NCBI GenBank assembly: GCA_049999805.1
Contig: JBNGIO010001946.1
Coordinates: forward strand, 1-39,897
Direction: 5' to 3'
DNA: 39,897 bases
DNA from: Folioceros fuciformis
Lineage: Eukaryota
Position numbers and translations under genes: made by a program. The notes under the pieces are model-generated. The model was not told where the DNA came from. It searched no databases and saw nothing but the letters and a program-made list of their open reading frames with translations. Shown here one piece after another: positions 34,601 to 39,897 of this stretch (the first letter of the stretch is position 1; every line of letters begins with the position of its first letter).

Positions 34601-37600
34601 AAAATTCAGCCACTGACGTTGTGTTGCTGTTGCAGAGTCTGGTCGCTTTCCTGGAGAAAAAAGCAGCAGATCAGGGTTCAGAGCTTTCGCAACTCAAGAA
34701 GATCAGTGAAGAGAGACTGAAGCGATCAGAGGAAGCAGAAACAAAGATTGACCAGCTTCAGGAATCTTTGCAAAGGTCCACACCTTTTCTATCTCACGGC
34801 ATGGCCTCTGCTCCTGATCCTCAAAGATGGCTGCATGGTTACACACTCACATATTTTCTTCACTTTTTGCAAATCAGACTGGAGGACAAGCTTTCGAATA
34901 TGGAGTCTGAAAATCAAGTATTGAGGCAGCAGACCCTTGTGCTTTCTCCAACCAAGGGCATTTCAAATCGGTTCAAGACAACTGTCTTTCAGGTTCGAAT
35001 AACCTCAGAAGTAATAGATTATTCATGCCAGTATCTGGCACGGAGATATACTCAAGGCGGAGTAGAGATGGAGAAACTAGGTCTAACCTTCTTCAGTCTA
35101 GAATTACAGTAATTAACTAGTGAATCCAGGCAGAATCAAGTTTGCCGCATTGTTTCTTGTGAAACTGGCTCATGCTGTCAGCAATGAGTCAGGGTTGACT
35201 GACTGACTTTGCAGTTTGCAGCATTGTTTAAGTAGGACTGTTTCCTCACATTTCGTTGTCTTTTAATGCCCAATACAGAGAAGCCCGGACAATGGCCTGG
35301 TTGCAAACGGCGAGCACAGGACATCACCTGTAAGTTGTCCTTGGTTTGTTAGTGTCCTTTGGCTGTTATGTCGGCAGGTATTGATGAATCCATTTCTGGA
35401 TGTTGTAGGAAGCTCCTACTATTGCTCAAATTGAGAGGGAGCAAACCGAGTCTGAGCAACGCCGTCAGAAGTGGTTGATTGACAAGCAGCAGGTCTTGTG
35501 CTTGTCAACATAGGCTCTGCATTCACATGATAACACATCTCATCTTTTACGTTCATCTGTATTTAGATACCCTCCTCACATTTTCCATCTCTCGTTGGTG
35601 TGGCAGGAAAATCAAGATGCTCTGCTTCAATGTGTGATAAAGGATGTTGGGTTCAGCCACGATCGCCCAGTCGCTGCTTGCATGATCTACAAATCTCTCT
35701 TGCAATGGCGATCATTTGAAGCTGAGAGAACAAATGTCTTTGACCGTATCATTCAAACCATCGGCTCAGCCATAGAGGTTAGTAGATGCCAGGAGATCAG
35801 TGAAAATGAAGGAGATGAGGTGATGACAACTTCCATCCAGCAGTAATGAAGACCTCCTTGTTTCTGATGGTGTGGGTGTTGCTCGCAGAGTCAAGAGAGC
35901 AATGATGTGCTGGCTTATTGGTTATCGAATACATCCACATTACTCTTTCTGTTGCAGCGTACACTGAAAGCTAGTGGTGCTGCTGGAGGTGCCCCTAAAG
36001 GACGTCGCCCAAGTTCAGTTACCTTGTTTGGACGCATGACTCAAGTAAGCCTGAGTCGTATGTTTATGTGTTGAAGCATGCCTGTTGCTGTACTCTGCTG
36101 CCCATCCGGAAGGGAGGTATTGTTGCGTTGAACCACAAGTACGAAAATGGTTTTGACTGCAGGGTTTTAGGTCATCTCCATCTGGAGGTGGTGTACCTTT
36201 CGGAAATGGAGGAATTGGAGGGCTGGATATTTTGCGGCAGGTTGAGGCAAAGTATCCTGCTTTGCTGTTCAAGCAACAGCTCACTGCGTATGTTGAGAAG
36301 ATGTATGGGATGATCCGTGACAATCTGAAGAAGGAAATTACGCCATTGCTTGGTCTCTGCATTCAGGTCTGCAGCAGACTTGGGTCATCCCGTAGTTCTT
36401 GCAGCTTCACCTTTTATTTTGTTTTAATATTTGGGCGTTTCGCTGTGTCTGATTGTCTGAAAGGCTCCTCGAACATCAAGGGCAAGTCTGAGCAAAACTT
36501 CGTCTCGATCTCCAAGCACTGCTGCGACAGCCCAGCAGTTGAGCAGTCACTGGAACAGCATCATCTCGAGCTTGAGTTCCCTCTTAAGCACAATGAAAGC
36601 CAATCATGTGAGTTTTTACTTCTTGACATTCCTTTCTCTTGTGGTTTCTAGAACGTGGACCTTGGTTGCCTGTCGCTCACTGTTTAGCAAAATGTTTGTG
36701 GCTCCAGGTCCCACCATTCCTTGTCCGCAAGCTTTTCACACAGATATTCTCATTCATAAATGTACAACTGTTCAACAGGTAAACACGTGTTCCTACGTGT
36801 TTATATTTGATCAGCTGGTAGTTTTCCTTATGGTCTATCGTCTTTGTGTGTGCTATGTGCCAGCCTTCTGTTGAGGCGTGAGTGCTGCTCGTTTAGCAAT
36901 GGAGAATATGTCAAAGCTGGGCTCGCAGAATTGGAGCACTGGATTTACGAAGCTGGAGAAGAGGTAAGCAGCTTGTCTGTCAGAAATTGGCTGGGCTACG
37001 CGTGGTAACTGAAAATTGTTGTGTTCAAAAGCACGGGCTTTTGAAACTGTTTTGACGCTCTGTTTCTTGTGATGTCTGCCTTGAACAGTACGCAGGTGCA
37101 TCATGGGATGAGCTGAAGTACATAAGGCAGGCTGTTGGTTTCTTGGTATGTAGCTTCTGGTGGTTGGAGCTGTAGTACACGACTTTTACGATCATGTCTG
37201 AGTGCTCACTGTCAACTTCCATTTCTTTCTCTTACCAGGTTATCCATCAGAAACCCAAGAAGTCACTTGATGAGATCACCCATGATCTTTGCCCAGTAAG
37301 TGCTTAATTGTTCTGGCTTGGTGCTTTCTTGCAGTTGAAATCTGCTGAATGTAGTCTGCGTCTGGAAATTGCTATTGCTCACATGATCCTTCAATGAACA
37401 GGTGTTGAGCGTTCAGCAATTGTATCGCATCAGCACTATGTACTGGGATGATAAGTATGGTACACACAGTGTGTCGCCTGAGGTATGTATGAGCACCGAT
37501 ATCTTATGGCGGTTTATTACCAATTTGTCGAAGGATGTGTGTAAAGCTGCCAGGTAGATTGGCATACTAATTCTCTTCCTTACTAATGATTGACTCAGGT

Positions 37601-37893
37601 GATTGCAAATATGAGAGTCCTGATGACAGAGGACTCAAATAGCGCTGTCAGTAATTCCTTCTTGCTGGACGATGATTCTAGGTATGTGTGCCGCCAGGAG
37701 TGTTGTCCTTGTTAGGTCTGTTTTGCTTCGATGTGCTACAATAGTTGTCTCCTGTTGGTTGTGATGCAGCATTCCCTTCTCCGTGGATGACATCTCCAAG
37801 TCCATTAAGGAGCTTGATTTAACTGAGATAGATCCTCCACCTCTGCTGCGGGACAATGCGGCCTTTACCTTTTTACAGCCCCGCTCAGAGTAA
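28607..37893 (+). CDS. Myosin XI (SH3-like, motor, IQ repeats, coiled coil, DIL globular tail), 39 coding exons
   Basis: ATG|GT at 28607-28609, then [32 protein letters not shown]-loop [45 protein letters not shown] motifs (IQxxxRGxxAR), [39 protein letters not shown] 37891-37893. All introns traced are GT-AG. Confidence 0.98.
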
Positions 37894-38397
37894 CATCAGT
37901 AGACGACCATTAGCCTTCCTGTAGCTACTATTCCCGTCGCTTTCGAATTTTTTTTTGCGTGGACTGATTGTCCCTTGTGTATCCCACCCCAACAATGGCG
38001 TTCGTCATCGTCACTTCGAACACCTTAATATTGACTGACTTTCCATCGCTTCAGATCCTTGAAGACTGACATCTTAGCTAGCTGATAATTCAACACTGAT
38101 TCTTTTGGGCGCAATGATATAGTAGAAGCCGTGTAATATAGTTTTAAGTGTTGGGGAGGAGTTATCTGGTGATCATTGGCGCTTGTTCCCTGTCCAGTCG
38201 GACATATTTTGTTGTGGGAGTGTCTACTCCTGTTGTATGAAGCTATGGAAGCTGTAGTAGAATACCAAACGAAAGAGGCTTCTTTTGTGTGGGAGCAAGG
38301 CGGCATGTGTGCACTATTAATGACTCTGGGAATACGAAGATTCATCCTGCCAAACAAGGCAGAGTTTTTTTTTTTCCAGCAGATAGCAGCACATATG

Positions 38398-39897
38398 CTA
38401 CCTTGAGGAAGAGAAATCCTCTAGAGTTACTGTTGTACTTGCACTAGTACCAAGGGAGGAACTGGGAATGGACCCCAGTGTGAAATCCACGGGCGCGGAC
38501 GATTCTGGCGGGTTCGGGACGTTGCCGGTGCTGAAGTAATGAAGCACTTGCCTCATGTTGGGCCTCTGTTTAGGCGCCTCCGCACAGCACAGTAAACCCA
38601 CCTTGAGCACGGTAAGAAGCTGCCCTGCATCATATTCGCTCGCAAGCAGCGGGTCTGCAGCGTCTAACAAGGTCTTTTTTTGATTCAATGCCCACACCCA
38701 GTTTACCAAGAACTTCTCCTCAGGGGACCTCAACCACTCAATAGGTTTCCTCCCAGTCACGACCTCCAAAGCCAAAACTCCGAAGCTGAAGACGTCAGAT
38801 TCAGCGCTCACTTTGTCTGAGTACAGCGTTTCCGGCGCCAGATATCCCCTGGTTCCTGCAAATGCATTTCAGTGGGTGAACAAGCAGCGCAAACCATAAT
38901 CGAGCAGCAGGGGGAAGTGAACGAGTGAAAATGTGTGGCAGGCCCACCTGCAGTGTTGGTGACGGTGGCAGCTGCTTTGTTTCTCTTCACCACCCTTGCG
39001 AGACCAAAGTCTCCGAGCCGAGCATTCCAATTGGCATCCAACAAGACGTTGGAGCTCTTGACATCCCGGTGAATCAAACTCTGCTCCTCCCATTCCGAAT
39101 GGAGATAGTGCAACGCCGAGGCCACTCCGTGTATGATTTTGAATCTCTGGTCCCACCCTAGCACATCCTTTGGTGGAGGGATGCCCAGGCGTGTCTCTAT
39201 CATCGGCTCGTTCGGTTCCTCACCGTCGCTGTCAGTGGCGTGCTGGAACAGGTGGTCGAACAAGCTGCCATTGGGCATGTACTCGTACACCAACAACAGC
39301 TCGTTCTCGTTCTTGCACCATCCCTTAAGGGGCACCAGATTCCTGTGGCGAAGCCTCCCGATTGTTGTGAGCTGCCGAGAGTACCACCACAACAGCACAC
39401 GGTAGTGTCACACCAGGAGCATTTTTGAGAGCTGCAGCATGTTAATACGCATGTAACATTCCCTCACCTCGGATAGAAACTCCCTCTCCCCTTGCCTGGA
39501 ATGCTGCGCAACTTTCTTCACAGCCACCACAGAATTGTCCGGAAAAACCCCCTTGTACACCCTCCCAAACCCTCCTTCCCCGAGCACAGACCTGTCACTA
39601 AACCCCGAAGTTGCCACCCTCAACTCCTGGTAAGAAAACTCCCGTGGACCATCCAAGCCCGAAAACCCCAACCCTTCCAGCCCAGTAGCAGCCTTGCTTA
39701 GAAAGGGCCAACCTGCACCCTTGTTCAGCTCGAGCCCCTGCCCTCTCCTCCTCCTCCTCCAAACAAAAAACGCCAACACGGCCCCCAGAAGGGTAGCAGT
39801 AGACACTGCAAGAACCACCCCAATCACCACCCGCGCCCTACTCCCTCCACCCCCGTCTCCATCCGCAACCCCAGAAGTAGAGAACTGCCAGTCGTAA
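38398..39897 (-). CDS. L-type lectin receptor-like kinase, 3' part (ectodomain beyond window)
   Basis: YDWQF (lectin-domain end), [103 protein letters not shown]. Introns 39372-39467 and 38856-38947. Confidence 0.88.

Noticed and set aside
28607-37893. Antisense and alternate-frame ORFs within myosin XI
   Set aside because: Explained as shadows of exons and intron read-through; the gene structure is canonical.
1-39897. tRNA, rRNA, snRNA or conserved miRNA genes
   Set aside because: None recognised by eye; tRNAscan-SE or Infernal would be needed to exclude them.

Overview
Compact eukaryotic nuclear DNA from an early-diverging land plant. Gene content, dense packing and mostly 80-200 bp GT-AG introns suggest a bryophyte such as a hornwort (inference). 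Confident genes: a small Cys/His-rich Herpes_UL92/SKIP31-C-terminal-like protein (-), a tandem two-domain SLT lytic transglycosylase-like protein (+), a UDP-arabinose 4-epimerase (MUR4/UXE-like, +), a MATH/TRAF protein (TRAF1a/b-like, -), an intronless GH5 endoglycoceramidase-like gene (-), a 39-exon myosin XI (+) and the 3' part of an L-type lectin receptor kinase (-). Two AT-rich intergenic blocks are present: 2.2-5.4 kb (hairpins, a higher-order minisatellite) and 23.6-25.8 kb (LINE RT fossil). The most unusual signals are (i) an unannotated spliced ORF at 8.1-9.0 kb that reads as an AT-hook joined to a catalytically degenerate PIF/Harbinger nuclease, with a possible Myb/SANT remnant on the opposite strand, (ii) the intronless endoglycoceramidase, a possible horizontal transfer, and (iii) an SLT protein with one intact and one apparently dead catalytic domain. 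All family calls come from motif recognition by eye; no searches were run.
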